DNA of 64,000 bases from Octopus bimaculoides (lineage: Eukaryota): contig NC_068983.1 in assembly GCF_001194135.2 (NCBI RefSeq), positions 33,959,729 to 34,023,728 on the forward strand, given 5' to 3'. The position numbers and the translations under genes were made by a program. Below the pieces are notes generated by a model. That model searched no databases. It was not told where the DNA came from and was given only the letters and a program-made list of their open reading frames with translations. Of the stretch, positions 62,803 through 64,000 are shown piece by piece (the first letter of the stretch is position 1; every line of letters starts with the position of its first letter).

Positions 62803-64000
62803 ATGTGTATACATGAATATTCTCGTTCACCTTATTACTAGTGCATCAATGGACACTGATTAGAAATGAAAAAAAAACGAAATGCAGAAAGTGTGTATTG
62901 CATTTGAATATATTTGATCCCTATCCGCATGGCTCAGTGGTTTCCTTTTCAAGTATATACCTAATGTTGTGAAGGCATGTCGGGATTGCTTGCGTGTACT
63001 TCGTCAATATTTCGATTGATGTTTAAGGATCGATGGCTTTCCCCATTGTACAATAGTTTTAAAAAACAGTCGATTGTGTATTAGATTCCACTTTAACAGC
63101 TGCAATTTCATAGTTTGAGGTATATTACTATTTATCAAAAACCAGATATGTGTTGCTTGATTTGTTTCAAATGTTTGTATTGTTGTAATGTTGTAGGTGT
63201 GTAATTTTACTGATGGAGTCTATCGTTGAATTCTTCAGCGGTCATGTCTATATATGAAATGCAGTTTTAGATAATGTTAAAAGTTGCACCTGAAGAATAC
63301 GTGATATTCTAAAATGCATTCCATAGACTGGTAATGCACAAGACCAGCAATGACATAGCGTCTTCTATTGGCTCTGCTTTGTATGGGTGTTAGAGTGTTG
63401 GTGATGTTTGTTATTACTGTGTCAGTTTAGATTATAGTTTCCAGTACAGATGTCTCAATAGAAAATGTTATAATTCAAGAGAAGTTTGTTGCCTGTTGGT
63501 AAGCTTACATTTATCGCTTTATAGTCGAGAATATTTCATGATCCTGATGTTGTGCTTTTCCCTAATTAGCCTTTTCTTTATGATTTTTATTGGTCAGTTT
63601 TAAACTGCTAGATGTCAATGCATTGTTATATGTATATCTGTATATATGAATCTACCTACATCGCTGTCTATGTATCTGCCTCTCTCTACATATCCGTCTA
63701 TCTATCTATCTATCTATCTCTTCTCACGGACGTGCTGTCACATCGGCTGCGAAGGTAAACGTTTATTTGACCATTTACTGTCCACATTTTGTTGGAATTT
63801 TTAAATAATTTTGTTGCGAAGCACCTAGGCTTCATTTGTGTGTATTTTCAAGGGCAGGAATTGACCCCCCAGGGGCAGTTTCGGCCCTAGCAAAATACAA
63901 AAATTTCCTTCTTGACATTTGAAAAATGTCGAGAAACATAATTTTGGAACGCTTGTCTTGTTCTTTTGACAAGCATTTCCCGAGGCTTCAGATGCCAGAA

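Noticed and set aside
8038-62841. Long ORFs full of X and YI/CV/HT/ER/SL dipeptide runs
   Set aside because: Artefacts of N-gaps and dinucleotide microsatellites; no coding signal.

Overview
AT-rich, repeat-dense animal genomic DNA from a short-read scaffold, with 21 N-gaps totalling about 7.4 kb, nearly all bounded by microsatellites. The SINE families and microsatellite load suggest a coleoid cephalopod, probably Octopus (inference, no database search). Only one host coding exon is supported: 43096-43713 (minus strand, 206 codons). It is the first coding exon of a group III-type metabotropic glutamate receptor (GRM4/6/7/8-like) and ends at the conserved ...NILRLFK|GTAAGT phase-0 donor. No next exon (expected IPQISY...) was recognised in 1-43095, so the left two-thirds of the window is probably one intron of at least 43 kb. 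The rest is transposon debris: two mariner relics, two CR1/L2-type RT C-terminal fragments, one R4/NeSL-type zinc-knuckle plus RLE fragment, hAT- and piggyBac-type MITEs, more than 25 copies of one tRNA-derived SINE, several other modular SINEs, and mini/microsatellites. The most unusual pattern is a set of microsatellite-anchored elements with degenerate hammerhead-like cores (YTGANGA...GAAAC), some inside inverted repeats and one behind a tRNA-like head, which suggests Penelope-like non-autonomous elements. I see no firm evidence of a new protein-coding system. Almost all other ORFs in the track are microsatellite or N-gap artefacts. Repeat boundaries were read by eye and are approximate (about +/-10 bp).
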